64,000 bases of DNA from Gonapodya sp. JEL0774 (taxonomy: Eukaryota): contig JADIIX010000032.1 of NCBI GenBank assembly GCA_027604505.1, positions 62,001 through 126,000 of the forward strand, in the 5' to 3' direction. The notes beneath the pieces were generated by a model. The model saw only the letters and a program-made list of their open reading frames with translations, was not told the origin of the DNA and made no database searches. Of this stretch, positions 1-13,443 are shown one piece after another. How positions within the stretch are numbered: position 1 is the first letter of the stretch; every line of letters starts with the position of its first letter. A program made the position numbers and the translations under genes.

Positions 1-3000
1 GATCGCAATAAATCCACTGATGCAGTAACCAGTAGAAACCTTATTGAGAAGAAGAACGTCCACACACACACAGAATCAGAGTGTTAATGTCAGGATCCCG
101 AGAATCGCATGAAGTGTCAACTCACAACAATGCTAATAGCGTCGAGGAAGCCTTTGAGTGCCGTGTTGTCGCCAGCGTACGTGAAGAAATAAGTAAACCA
201 GCTCGGCTTTCGAACAAACAAAAATGTTAGACGGCGCACACAAGACTTCAATGCGTCACTACGACCAATGTCTCACCACAAGAATAACTCCCAGACCGAT
301 GCAGAAGGAACACGAAGCTTTGTACAAAGTTTGAATCAGACGGGGCACTTGAATAACATGATCTGAGAGAATTTCTCACCAATGAACCTCTGTCTACGAG
401 TCCACTTGCAGTATGCAACTATACCACGGTTCACCAGGTAAGATTCGGGTCCTTGCGAACGGTGGGATCGGAACGAATGCCGCTACTCACGGATACGGAT
501 GCCAGAAACCGCGACACTGCAGAACAGGAAGCTGGTCATTCCACCAAGAACCTGATGTAACAGTAGTGAACGGTGAGTACAAAATCATATGGTAGCCATA
601 TTCAGCCAGAGAATCTGCAGGAAACCGCAACTCACCGCGTCAGGCATTGCGGTAATGCTGGCAGAAGAACGGACGGATGAGATCGAAGACGACGTCATCT
701 CAAAACGGCGAGTGATTTTCAAACTCACAATGCTGCAAACTTGGAAAAGACTCCGGCAAGAATAAGCCAGAAGCAGCACCAGTAACCGGCTTGTCGGTTA
801 GCGCACTTAGTGAGCGCGATGACACCGTTGTTCTTTTCCACACACAGATCGAGGTTAGTATTGCTCCAAAACACAGTTTTCAAACGATTTTGGCTCACCT
901 GTGCAAATGTCGTGACAGGAGCGTTGGTGAACAAGGTTGAGAGGAAGGCAGCAAGTCCGTCTGCAAGCAATCCCCCACGGATTCGCTTCTCGAAAGCCGG
1001 ACCCTCAACCTCGACGTTCGACACATCACACGTGGCGGTTACGTCACCAATGTTCTCCAAGGTCAGAACAATGAAAACGAATAAGCAAGGCTGCAAAAGC
1101 GAGCACTTTAGCGTTATTCCAGTTTTGCGGAAACTCGATTGAAGTGAAACAAACCAATATCAGAGGCGCATTTATGGAAATGGGGAATGTTTTGACCCAG
1201 AGGAACGTGACAGACGGCGCAGCGTTGATTCCCGCGGTTGTAATGTATCCGGTTGCTGCAGCAATCTGTGTGACAATGGTGATTGGGTAGTTTGATGTGA
1301 ATGACATCTGGACCTGCAATCCCATTGCATGCGAGGGAACTTACAATGTAGCCCACGGCAAGACCAAGCACCACAGACGCACTCTTCATAAAGGGCGATC
1401 CGAATACCTATAAGAACGCAGAACGATCAATTATTATTTCACGATCTCACCGAGCACATCAGTCTGGGCACTTACCTCAATGAGAATAATCGTGACCCAT
1501 ACACTGAAGCCCAGACCGATCCAGTTTGAGTGTCCCCAGGGAACAGCTGTGCGAGAAGCAAATGCTCAGCAAAAATTAATACCGCAGAAGACTGTCGGCT
1601 TGCACCATACCGTTTGGGGCGGAAATGTTGGGACATTTAGAGAAGAATCCCGTAGCAGGGCGGGCGAGGCAAGGACCCGCACCACCGGCCCAGTACTATT
1701 AAGAGATCGATGCATCGTCGAGAAATAAAGCTGTTATGCGAACAGTGCTTCACATACCTTCATTCCGGTACCGGTGAGTTCAACACCAACGAGAGTCAAG
1801 ACGATACCCGACACAAGGGGTGGGAAGACTTTCTTGATGACCTTGGGGGGAAGTTGAGAGAGTGCGACCTCGATCCTGAGTGGGGGAGGTTTTCAGCAAA
1901 TGAGAAAGGTGATCACTAGAGTCCGTTCATGGGAATCCTCCTTACCAGCAGCACAGCATACACGTTCCAAGGAAGGCACCCTGATCGATGGCAGGTGAGT
2001 CAATGAGACAATAAAGAAAACAGGAGAGACGATATCAAGTGAGCAGATTCTCACCCATCCTTGAGGGCAAGGTTGAGGAACAGCAACTCCATCGGCACCA
2101 ATGATGGTTTGACAGAATCCACTGCTATACATTTGTTTGAATCCGGCTTCGGCAACCGGCACAAAGGCAAACGACGTGCCGAGTACAGAAATCAAACCAG
2201 TTCCGAGTTGACGGTTTCCAGGAAGAGGGAATGCGGAGATGGAGAAGATTGTGAGTAGTCCGCAGGTGATGAGAGCAGCGGAAATGAGGTAGTTTCTGAG
2301 AAAGTCGAGATTCTTTTCAATTAGTAATGCTACTTCGATTGGTATATTGTGGTTTGATGTCTTCCGTTACTCACTTGTAAGAAGCATCCAGGTTCAGATG
2401 TCCATCACCAGCTCCCGACAAGACGATTGCTAAAATGAACAATAAGACGATGAGCACAGCATTCGAGGAATGGGTCTCACTCCTGGGGAAACCGAAAAAC
2501 TATTAAACCGTGACTCACGGGGAGTGATCAGTCCCTGCAAAGCGAACGTTCAGCACAAGGCCAAAAGTTTAAAATCGCATCCAGAAGACTCGATCGGTGA
2601 AACTCACTCCAAGCATAGCCAAGGCATGTTGAAGGCCAAGAACGGCGGCCATGAAGATAGGAATTTTCTGTTGAAAGAGAACTCAGGTTTGCCAGGTTGC
2701 CCATACTACCAGCGGCAAACAAAGATACACGCACATCATTCACACCATAGAAGGGGGGCTCTCCACGTTTGCTGATGAACGGAAGCTGTGGTGTACATAG
2801 CCAGGCGTAGTCGTAATCCCCTGGAAAGATGGGAACGAACGTTGGCGAGATTCCTTGTGATCTTTCGCACGCTCCATCACTCACCAAACCAACCCTCACG
2901 GGTGGTTACTGCCGCCAGAAATCGCTCTTTAAGCGGTTTTGCGTCGTCGGAATGGGTTTCGAGCTTCTCGAGCTTCTCATCAGCAACCACGAGGGATTCC

Positions 3001-3062
3001 TTGACGGGCTCCACAACTGTTTCTTCGCTCATGGTGGGTGCGATTGGAGTACCGGCGGTCAT
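1..3062 (-). CDS. NAT/NCS2 family xanthine/uric acid permease (UapA/UapC-like); multi-exon, 3' end runs off the left edge
   Basis: Spliced fragments give ISVLGTSFAFVPVA, ENIGDVTAT, GGLLADGL and the NAT signature FAQ|NNGVIALTKCANR. Start MTAGTP at 3062. Reading frame is still open at base 1 (VSTGYCISGFIAI). Confidence 0.92.
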
Positions 3063-3777
3063 TGTGAATGGTAGGAATCTCTGAAGGGAAGCGGAGCCCT
3101 TTTTGTTTTACGACGTGAATCATCATGATACATCCGACAGATCGATGAGTTTGAGGCGAAGCTCCGATAAGACCAAGGCAACAGGATCCCTTGTATCCTT
3201 TTCATAATAGACCGGCCAATGAGGAGCGAAGTCCACTCAGAACATATACTATATTCATAAATGGGAATGGTTGGAAAATCGCTAAGAGAGCGTTGGGTTA
3301 CTGGTACCAACTCAGGGTCATAGCATCGGACTTCTCAACCGTGGTTCACTATAAAGTGGATGAGCCACGGGCATGGTCATAAAGAGAAAGAGTTGTTTTC
3401 GGACGTATGGGTAGTCAGTGACGTTTCCGTAGCTTGCAGCAATCTCTCAGTTTAATTCGCCAGCGATCGATGAGAAGTTTATTCTGACTCGATATGACTC
3501 GCCAGAAGTTGATCCCGACGCATGGTCCAATTAGGTCCAATTGTGATACACTATCTCTCAATCTCACTCGGAAAGAATGGTCTATGTAAACGGAATATAA
3601 TCATAAAACAGAGTAGGGTTGCTGTGAGGTCATATACGATTTTGGCGTTACAGCACTGTGATGAGCTATGCAAGGCGGTCTTTGAAAACTATGACAATCT
3701 TGAGGATTAAATTCAAGTACGAGGGTGGAATGGAAAGCCGGTTGTGTCACGCTGGCGGCTCAAACACATATAACAAC

Positions 3778-5581
3778 ATGTCACAGTTCCCGACCCCCCC
3801 AGCGCCCCCTCGACACATTTCAGAACACCTTGTGCCGCGGCATTTTGAGAGATACGACTGGTCGTGCTTGGATAACCTCTCAGTGGCAGTTGTGGGAGGA
3901 GGAGGGTCAGTCCTTGCGACCTATGCTGTCCCATCACGATTGCAATTCTGACTTTAGTTCCAAGACAGATACGCGGGCCGATACCTAGTACACAATCTTT
4001 TGCAATACACTCGCGTTGGACACGTTTCACTGGTCGATGTACGTCTCCCATCTCACTGGGATGGAAGGGATGACAGATTCGAACGTTGGCGAGCCGAAGG
4101 ACGACTCTCGCTGGTCTTGGTGGGTATATCAAACTCTCGGTGAAGCAGATTACTGGTCGGAGGAGTTGATGACCGGATGCCAATGCTCAGGCAGATATCA
4201 CAGAGCACCCTCCAACCACATTATCGCACGTTTTCGCCGCTTCGGACATCGTGTTTCTCGTAGCGTCCTACGGGATGTCCGGGTTTGAAATGCTAGACGT
4301 GGAGCGGACACGGCAAGTGAACGTTGGGGGCGTCAAAGCTGCCATCGAAGGTGAGTCAAACCATGAGCCACTCCACAACATTCCCACAATGTCATGACAA
4401 AATCCCGCAGCCGTCGTTTCATCGCATGTCCCCATACTGGTTCATACCTCATCAGTGAACGTCACTTTCGGTGGTCAGAGAATCGACGGTGTGGACGAAG
4501 ATCACCCACTCTATCCAATCGACAGGCATGTCGACGAGTACTCCCGCACAAAGGCAATTGCCGAGACCATGGTTCTGAAAGCCAACGGGCGAAAATTCGT
4601 CGGCGAGCTCAATCAAGACTATGGGGCCATTCCTCGTAGGGCGCAGCTTCGGAAGAACGGAACACTGAGGACGGTATCAATACGGACCAATGGAATCTAT
4701 GGGGAGGGGGAGGAGAGGCATTTTGCCCGAATGATGTAAGTGAACGTGGAAACCCGAATTCAACAAGTTGATATTCACACCATTTCATGTCCTACAAGAG
4801 CAGCCATCAAAGTCAACGCCTTGGTCTTTCGATACGGGTATCCCAATAATCTAGTGGAGTGAGTTGAGTGATGCTTATTTGAGCAAAGTTTCGCAAATCG
4901 CACAAAGTCTTTCATCGCGCTCAGCTGGACCCACGTCGATAATGTCGCTCTGTCACACATGCTGGCTGCAGTAAAATTGGTCCGAGAAGCCACGGGCGAA
5001 GACTCCACTGGCATTGTGTCGGCAGGTCAACCTTACTTTGTCAGCGACAATGACCCAGTGAACAACTTTGATGTATTTCAAAAAACGATTGTGAGTTTCT
5101 GGGGCCGTATGCTTTGAGTGAGACAAGGGTCACGTGTGCTGCCGCCCTGTTGTGCAATTTCCAGATGCCTCTTTATAACATGCACGGACCGTACTTCAAC
5201 ATTCCTCTGGCAGTCATGTATCGAATCGCCCACGTCCTGGAGCTGTCGTACAAGCTCATATCGCCTTTCGTATCTTACTATCCACCGATTCTCCTTCTCA
5301 CTCGCTCCGAGGTCCTCAAGAGTGGTCAACATCACTGGTTTCGAATCGACAAGATTCGTCGTGAACTCGGCTACGAGAGTGTAACGGGCACTCTCGAGGG
5401 TTTCCAAGCTATCGTAAAATATCTCGAGGTTGCCGATCGGAGGGATGTGAGGAGAGATGTGTTTGAGAGATATCCCAAACTTATGAGGAGATTGGTGAGA
5501 TGTATTTTATTTATGTCTCTGCTACCGCCGGTCCTTTCTGTTATCCTGCGGAGAAGGGCCAATTTCGGTTTAGGGAAATAA
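3778..5581 (+). CDS. SDR42E1: Extended short-chain dehydrogenase, 3-beta-HSD family (SDR42E1-like)
   Basis: Rossmann VVGGGG, ASYGMSG, NVTFGGQ, catalytic YSRTK, GIYGEGEERH, HVDN, GQPYFVSD and LTRSEV...RELGY follow the SDR42E1 pattern; C-terminal hydrophobic segment. Confidence 0.85.
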
Positions 5582-5705
5582 AAGTTAATGACGACATGAG
5601 AAAAACGGGAAAGGTGTAGGGTCCACGTCGTCGGAGCGGGAGACATACACGCATACCGAACCGAAACATACCACAAACCCAACACACTTTCCAAGACTGC
5701 TAAAA

Positions 5706-8700
5706 ATGAGTGCACTGATTGCGCCCGCCGACATCTCCGCGGGGGTCGGACGGGCGCATATGGTGGTTGATTCGTTGCGAGGTGTATGGACCAATACGTG
5801 GGCGCTCACTGGAGTCCCAAAGGATGGGACTGAACATGTCGAGCAGACCCAGAAAGCGACGAAATTTCCTGATGACACAGTATCGGTGCCAGAGAAAAGC
5901 AGTGAGGAAGCAGCTACCGCTCCAGATGGACAACTCGTTGCAACCCCCACCGACAACGATATTGGACTTGAGGGACAGCAATTGGGGTTTTCTCCACCGC
6001 TGCAAGCAAAAATGGTCCAAGCCCTGCTCTCGGAATCACTTGAGGTGTGTAAGTTCATCAGCAAAAGATGACGATATGTTGGATCCACCAGGATGATGTG
6101 GGATCTGTTAAGAGCTTCTGGCTCATACAGTCGTGATTTGCCCGGAATAGTTATGAGAGCTCTTGTTCAATGGCAATTGGAGATCTCAATACCCCATTAC
6201 CTCTTTGTTCGCTGCCCTACGAAAGTGTCCCATCTGCTCCGACACCATCAAAAACCAACAAGACATATGGACGTGTTCTGAATGCCATTCAGCCGTCCAT
6301 CTGGAATGTATCCAATGTTGGGCAAAAGCAAGCGAGGACGAAGGTGTGTGACGATCGCGAACGAGTCGAACAACGTTGTGCGTCACTTTGAAACTCTCGT
6401 CACTTCTCCGATCAGCTCTTGCCTCTCCGCTTCCTTTCACGTCGCCAGTGATGGACTCTGTGGCGACGGTACAATGGAAATGTCCGGCTTGCCAAAGTGA
6501 CCACGAGGGCATTCCAAAGAAATCCCAGTGCTGGTGTGGTGGGTTCCCTACAGTGGATGAGGCGTTGCCCGGCACTCAGCCTTACCTCCGAAAGAGTGGC
6601 TTGCAACGCTTCCAAATTGCTTTTCTGACTGGAGTACTTGCCCAAACAGGGTCTACCATCAATCCCCAGCTTCGATCGGATCTCCTCCCTCATTCTTGCG
6701 GTGCTGTATGCGGCAAACCTCTACAGCGCGTAAAGCGCAATCTGTCTCATCCCGATGATGAGGACTTCAATGATGGTGACAGACGGAGCAGTGAGCCTCG
6801 GGGGACCTGCGAGCACAAATGCGAAGACATTTGTCATCCGGGACCGTGTAACCGTGAGTTTTATACGGGTCGCAGATCTCAGATATTCCTTTGGGTGTTG
6901 TTAGTCAATATAGTTAGCTTGATGCATCTCGAAGTTTGCGGATGGCTGACTACCTTCGTTTTGACATCCAGCTTGTCCGCGCTTCGTGGACATACCCTGC
7001 CCCTCCCATGGCACTGCTGTCGCCTTTCCTTGCGGACAGATAAACCTGCCGGTGGGTGACGAGCCAGGGTACCCATGCGATAAAGTGTGTGGGAAGCAGC
7101 TTGATTGCGGAGTTGTTGGACATAAGTGCGATCAATTATGTCACGGTAGTGGGTTTTCATTTAGTGTGTTATACTGCTCCTCTTGATTTTTACACAAACA
7201 ACAATTTTGTCAGGTGGGTGCCCACCCTGTCCTCGAGCTGTCCTTCATCCATGCCCCTGCTCCCGTTCGTACCTTCTTGCTTGCTGTTCGGACGATGACC
7301 CAGGTGCCGTGGGCTGGGTTTTGCCGAGAGTCGAGGTGGAAAGCTGGACAGAAGTTGGAGCAGAGATCAGAGAGAAGGCATCACTCGGTTTAAACGCTAA
7401 CCATGAATCTCAGGGGAAGGAGCAAAAATGGCAGTGCGAGGAGCTTTGTTGGGCGTAAGTGTGTCCGCCGTATCGGTTCTTCTTGAGTGGGATAGGCAAG
7501 TCATAATTTTACCGTTTAGTCCCCTTCCGTGTGGATTCCACAAATGTCCCATACGTTGTCATGTGCTCGCTGTGGGCGGCCCTGACTCCCCGCCAAATCC
7601 AGACTCGCACACTTTGTGTCACAGAGATCCTGTCATTTGGCAGACCTGCGCGTGTGGAAAAAAGACTGAGGAGGATCTTGGAGTCCGTGGGAAAAGGAAG
7701 AAATGCACTGACAGGCTTATCGGATGCGGGTGTGTGTCCGATGCTCTTTTATTGGCTGTTGCGCGTTCATTTCGAGATGGCGATTGCAGGAATCCATGCC
7801 CAAAACGTCTCTCATGCAAACACATGTGCCCCAAAACCTGTCACGACGGCCCGTGTCCGTCATGTCAGGTTCCGGTGAGCGTCAACGCTGGCAGCTGTGA
7901 ACTATCCCCGAGTGAACTAACAACTTTATCGTGTTGTTCCCCAGGTCGACATCTCCTGTCGCTGTGGGGCAACGAAGACCATCTCCGCATGTGGTGATAT
8001 CGGTGGTCGGACATCAAGAATCAATGGTGATTAATTACTGTTTTACTTTACGTTACCAGGATATCTGATTACGTGTAATGACATTCGCGCCACGATGAAC
8101 AGCGCCTATCTGTCTCACACCTTGCCACACCCTTCTCTCTTGTGGTATCCATCGATGCGATTCTATTTGCTGTCCTAATCGCATTGTGGCAAACTCCACT
8201 GCACATCCCGCTCACGCTCAAGGTCTTCGCCGACATCGGTCCTGGGTGCCGGTGGACCTTGTCGGTGACGAAACGCCCGCGCTGGACGCGGAGGTAGTTT
8301 GGGATCCCGATGAGTTTGAAGAGCACGGCTGTGAGCGAGTATGCGGCAAGATTTTGAAATGCGGTAAGCACCAATGCAAGGTGAGAATTGTGAAGATCAC
8401 CGCAAGGTTGTGTGAACAATGCGATAACCGATTGCCACACTAGACCTTATGCCATCCTGGCCGATGTGGACCTTGCCTCCAAACAACATCGGAGGAGTGG
8501 CGCTGTGGTTGTGGGAAAACAGTGGTTGTGAGTGCAATCGGTGCGATAGGCAGGATTGTGTATAAAATTGCTATTTCAGAAACCACCGATCCCATGTGGT
8601 GCAGTCATGCCAACATGCCGTTTCTCTTGCGAGAGGTAAGCATCACGGGGTGCGTGATTAGAATTGGAAAATACAGGTCGAGTGTCTGACTTTTCCGTGG

Positions 8701-10815
8701 ATGAAGGCCGCAGGCGTGCGGACATCCCATCTTATCCGAGCACCCCTGTCACACTGAAGATATCCTCTGTCCACCCTGTGCGGTGAGTTCATGATTGCCG
8801 TGTGACCGACTCCAAGTACATTGAAATGGCGCTTCCAACCAGGTTCTGACACTTAGGCACTGCGCCTCCCACGGGAACCCTGTTCCCAACATACCATGTC
8901 ATCGCAAGTCTGCAGTATGCTGTGGCAAAGTTTGTGCAAAATCACTGCCGTGTGGTAGTCATACGTGCGAGAAGGCCTGTCATGGTGGAGAATGTGTTGC
9001 CCCTGGAGGTTCGCAGACAAGAATATAAACAAGCTTTTCTGTCGCGGGGACTCTTCTAATTTTTGCATAATTTCAATAGCGCCGTGCAAGCGGCCTTGCC
9101 TGACGCAGCGCTCTTGTGGACATATCTGTGGAAAGCCATGCCATCAGGGGTCTGACTGTCCACTCGACGAACCGTGTAAAACCAAGGTATGTGCCCAATG
9201 CTGTTTGATTCATCAACGATAAGCTGATGGCGGCATCGAAGTTCGAGGTGAACTGCCAGTGTGGTCGCTTGAAGGAAATGCGGCAGTGTCTTTGGTCTGC
9301 CTCTGACCCGTCTCTGCCCGACATCCATCTGAAATGCGATGCATTGTGTGACACGCTGACGAAATTTGGACGATACTCAGGCGTGACTGGGTCGGACCAG
9401 AGGTGAGATTACTTTCGTCGAGAATAGTCTAAAGAGGCTTCTCATTCAAACCTGCCGCCTCCCTCTTAGTATGCCTCTGTTCTCCGATGAGGTGTTGAGT
9501 CACGCAAAAGTTTATCCGGAGTTCGTGAGTCGAGTAGACGCTGCCTTGACGGACTTTGTGAACGATCAAAGGTTCGTCTCTTGCAACCTTCAACACAATG
9601 CTGTCTATGAACTTTTGGATCTCCCAAGCCGATCAATACACTACTTTCCTCCAACCGGCGAGCACCATCGGCGATTTTTGCATGAGTACTCGAGCCAACA
9701 TTGGGGTCTTCAAACCGAGTCAATGGATGAGGGGAAGAACAGAAGCGTCGCAGTTATGAAAAAACTTAGTCGCGCAAGAGCGGACGATAAACACCGCGCG
9801 TGAGTATATAGTGTATTCATCTTTACGTGCGAACCTCCCTTTTTCATGGACCGGTTGCTGCAGACCTGGGATGACAGTGTCCGAGTACCTGCAGCTCATC
9901 AAGTTGCAGTCCGTGCGACGAAAGTCGATGTCCAAGTTCGTACAGTCTCCATGAAAGTCAGATGTCGATCTTCGTTGACGTACTTTCTCCTTTAGTGTTG
10001 GCCGCACGTCTGCTGTTCAGACACCGCGAGGTTATGCTTCCACAGTCCCTCGGCCGCCTGCGCGTGTCTCCGTCCCCGCGGGCTCTCGACCTTCCTCTCG
10101 GGCTTCTTCAACGAGCTCACTCATCATCGACGAAGATGAAATTGATGGGGAGTCGGAATACGACGAAAACGACTCAGATGAATTGAAGAGCCCAACCACT
10201 ACTATTGCCCTCAACGACGAAGGCGGCAAGGGTGAATGGAGATATTCTGACTACGATCGCAAGCGCTCTGTCTCTATGATTGTCGTCAAGACTAAAATGA
10301 GTCTCGCCGATGACGCCAAGCCCACGCAAACAGCCCCTAAGCCTAGGATGAGCTTCCGGGATGTGACTGAAAGTAGTTTTCAGGTCCAGAGTCCATCAAC
10401 CACAGAAATTCCGGGAGAGTGGACGGATGCTGTCAATCACCGCCGGCGCAAGTCTGTCGGGCATAGAGTGGAATTCGCCGTAGACAAGCCTACAGAATGG
10501 GACTCCAAGTACAGCAAGAGCGTGGATCCTCCTGCGAGTTTCCTTAGTCGACCAAGCGGACCCGGAACCGAAACTGCAGCAATGCCTTCATTCCGTGCCG
10601 AGCCAGACTCAGACGGCTTTGTGGACGCTCTGTACAATAGTCGCCAACAGCGGAAACGTGCCACGTCCTTTTCATCATCGAACATGGGCAGTGGTATGAG
10701 GGGCAGGTCGAGGGCGAGCTCGATTGCCTCAAGATTGACTGGTGGTAGCCCAGCCGAAGGACTCGCAGGATCAACAGGGAACATCTTTGCGATCTTGGAA
10801 GGCTTGGATGCGTAA
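5706..10815 (+). CDS. NFX1: NF-X1-type zinc finger protein (NFX1/FAP1): RING/PHD, NF-X1 repeats, R3H, low-complexity tail
   Basis: CPIC...WTCSECHSAVHLECIQCWA...WKCPAC; repeated CGxHxCxxxCHxGxCxPC units; R3H-like FPP...HRRFLHEY...GLQTESMD. Confidence 0.88.
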
Positions 10816-10905
10816 AACGTATTCGTGCCAACTTCCTCTTTCCACTCCGAGCATTGGGAAAAATATTCGAGCATTTTTGTAAATACATTGTGGAAAAATT
10901 ACCAA

Positions 10906-13024
10906 TCACAGCTTCGGCTTGTACCCGAATTGCTTTGCAACAATTGCCATCGCTGCATCTGTGGCAACCAACGCTTCCGCAATATCCTGAGGAGGAAATA
11001 CACTTGAGACGTGAAAGCTGGAGCGGTGAGATGGTTCTGATACCTTACCTGTTCGGTAACACAAGCATTGACGAACATGGTATGTGTGGGACTGCGCGGT
11101 AAGTCATGTATGATTGGTTCGTGGCGTCAACCAAACCGCCTCGCGAGCCGTGCTGTAACTTTCAGGGCTTGGAACTCACTGCAAGTATACGCCCCTCTTC
11201 ATAGCCTCTTTGACAAATACGTGTCCGCGATCCCACTTGCCGAACTTGTCCTCGGGGAATAGTATGACAGGCATTTGCGGGGGGCCTGATTGCTCGATCT
11301 GACAATCACGCACCACCTCGTATCAGCATGCAAATAACGGAAAGAGTGACAGTAACGATTAAAAACTCACAGGAACACCGTACTTTTCTGCCTGTCCCTG
11401 GATTCCCTCACGAAGTTGCTGACCCCTTCGATACATGAGATTCGCTCCATCCATGGCCACAAGCTTTTTGAGAGTAGCGAGGCCGGCGGCGAAGGAAGCG
11501 GATTCCTGGAATGATTTCATATCGTGGAGGGTTACGGCGAGGTGGGATGGGTGGAGAAAGGCAGTGAGAAACCTGTGCACGTTTGGTAGCGCCTTTAATG
11601 CAACTCACCGTCCAAAAGCTACCAGTGCTGTAGATATCAGCAGCACCTTGTCTAAACTTGTTATTCCCCGTGACGAATGCAAGAGGGTACCCATTTGCAA
11701 CTAAAACGAAGATACAAACCCAAGATAAAATAGCATACACGTTGCTGACTTCATTTTGCGAGCGAGGTTCAGCCTGCAGCGTCAACTTACCGGCTTTACT
11801 CCACCCCGCCAAATCCGGCTGCACACCACAGTTCTCCACCACATCCCATGTCCCAGTCAAGCAGATCCGCATACCCGCACGAACCTCATCGCACACGAGG
11901 GCAGCACCGGTCTCATCACACAGTTTTCGTGCGGCGAGGAGGAACTCGGCGGTGGGAAGGGCGTGGGTGCGGCCAAGGTCGTGTTTGAAGGCAGATACAA
12001 GAACGCAGGCGAGATCGTCACGGAAGGGGGCGGCAGCGGCGATGAGGGAAGCGGGGTCGTTGTACTAGTGGAAGAGGGAAAATCAGTGACTTGGGCTTGA
12101 AAACAAAGCTCATAGACAGTCCAAGAGAACTGATTGAATAATACTTCACCTCATAGAGAACCAAGTGAGCGCGATCTTCGGTGGTCACCCCCACGAGACT
12201 GGGAGAGCACCATGGCACGGCGCCTGGATGTGAGGCCAAAAGGTCAATTGTCGCACCTCCTTGTGAACAAATAAATGGCTTTAATTTACCATGATAGGCT
12301 CCTCTCGCCATGAGAACCTTCCGCTTTTTGGTAGCAGAGCGGGAAATGGTGACGCATTGGGTCATTGCGTCTCCCCCTATGAAAAAGGAAAGGAAATCTA
12401 CTGAATGGACATTACCCACGGGATACAGTATGCTACGTACCATTTTTGCTGAACATTACCCACTCGGCGTGGGGGATGAGGTTGACGATATACTTTCGGT
12501 GGACAACGGCCGTGTCTGACTTCATGAGCGTTCTGTTTACTTGGGATCAATGCAAGTACCTTGGAAAGCTCAATCAAGATTGGAGATGGTCCGTTGAACA
12601 CGATTCCAAGTTCTCGCTGTTTCTGAACTGCCGCTTCAACATCGGGATCGTTGGGGCCAAGTACGATCGGGCCATCTGCAAATAGTGGAACGATTCATCA
12701 ACAATATGAGCAAGAACGTGAGAATAAATAAAAGATGGTGATATCTTACAGCCAGCCATGAAGTCAATGTACTCTTTTCCATCCACTTGTGAATGCATGT
12801 GGAGTCGTTGAGCGGGGTACAGACTATAGTTGGAGACAGAGTGCATCACGAAGACCACTGAAATCACTGGTCTCACCATCGCGGACTCTCGCACCCTTTG
12901 CGCTCTTGAAAAACTGAGGCGCGTAACCCATTCCATAACGGAGCACGTTCTGATGCCCGTAGAGTCCACCAGGAAGCACAACATCGGCAGCTTTTCGGAG
13001 TTCCACGTCAAGTGAAGTTGCCAT
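10906..13024 (-). CDS. Class III PLP aminotransferase, GSA-aminomutase (HemL)-like subfamily
   Basis: PGGLYGH, PQFFKSAKGARV, DGKEYIDF, GAYHGAVPWC, DEVRAG, PDLAGWSK(A)..ANG, TGSFW. Last exon DIAEAL...GYKPKL-stop. Confidence 0.88.
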
Positions 13025-13443
13025 GCTGATTCGGAAGCGAGCTTGAGTAGTACGTGAAGTGCTCACAGATGCGATGCAGATCGGCGAAATGAAGGCCGAC
13101 GGCAAATTTTTCATTCCCGTTCTGCCGGAGGGCAACCCGCTGCATTCATATCAAGTGTCTCGGCCATTCATTCACGAAACATCTGTGTATCGGCGTGTTC
13201 AGACAAGTAATACAAGTAATTATTTCTTCTTCACGCTGCTGTCTACCAAATCCTTGACCTTCAGAACAACCCAGCCCTTCATTGAAAACACTGGCAAAAT
13301 AATTGTAATAAAACCATGCTCAAAGCTTTTGTGGTCAAATAAATAACTGCATGCTGGATTGAGATTTAAGGGCTCAAGACAGCGGCGTCCTGCCCGCAGC
13401 TTCTGATTAGACCCACCAGTCGCAGAACTTGTACGGACTGGTA

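Noticed and set aside
3193..3202. U12-type donor-like gtatcctttt
   Set aside because: Intergenic; no supporting exon or U12 branch site.
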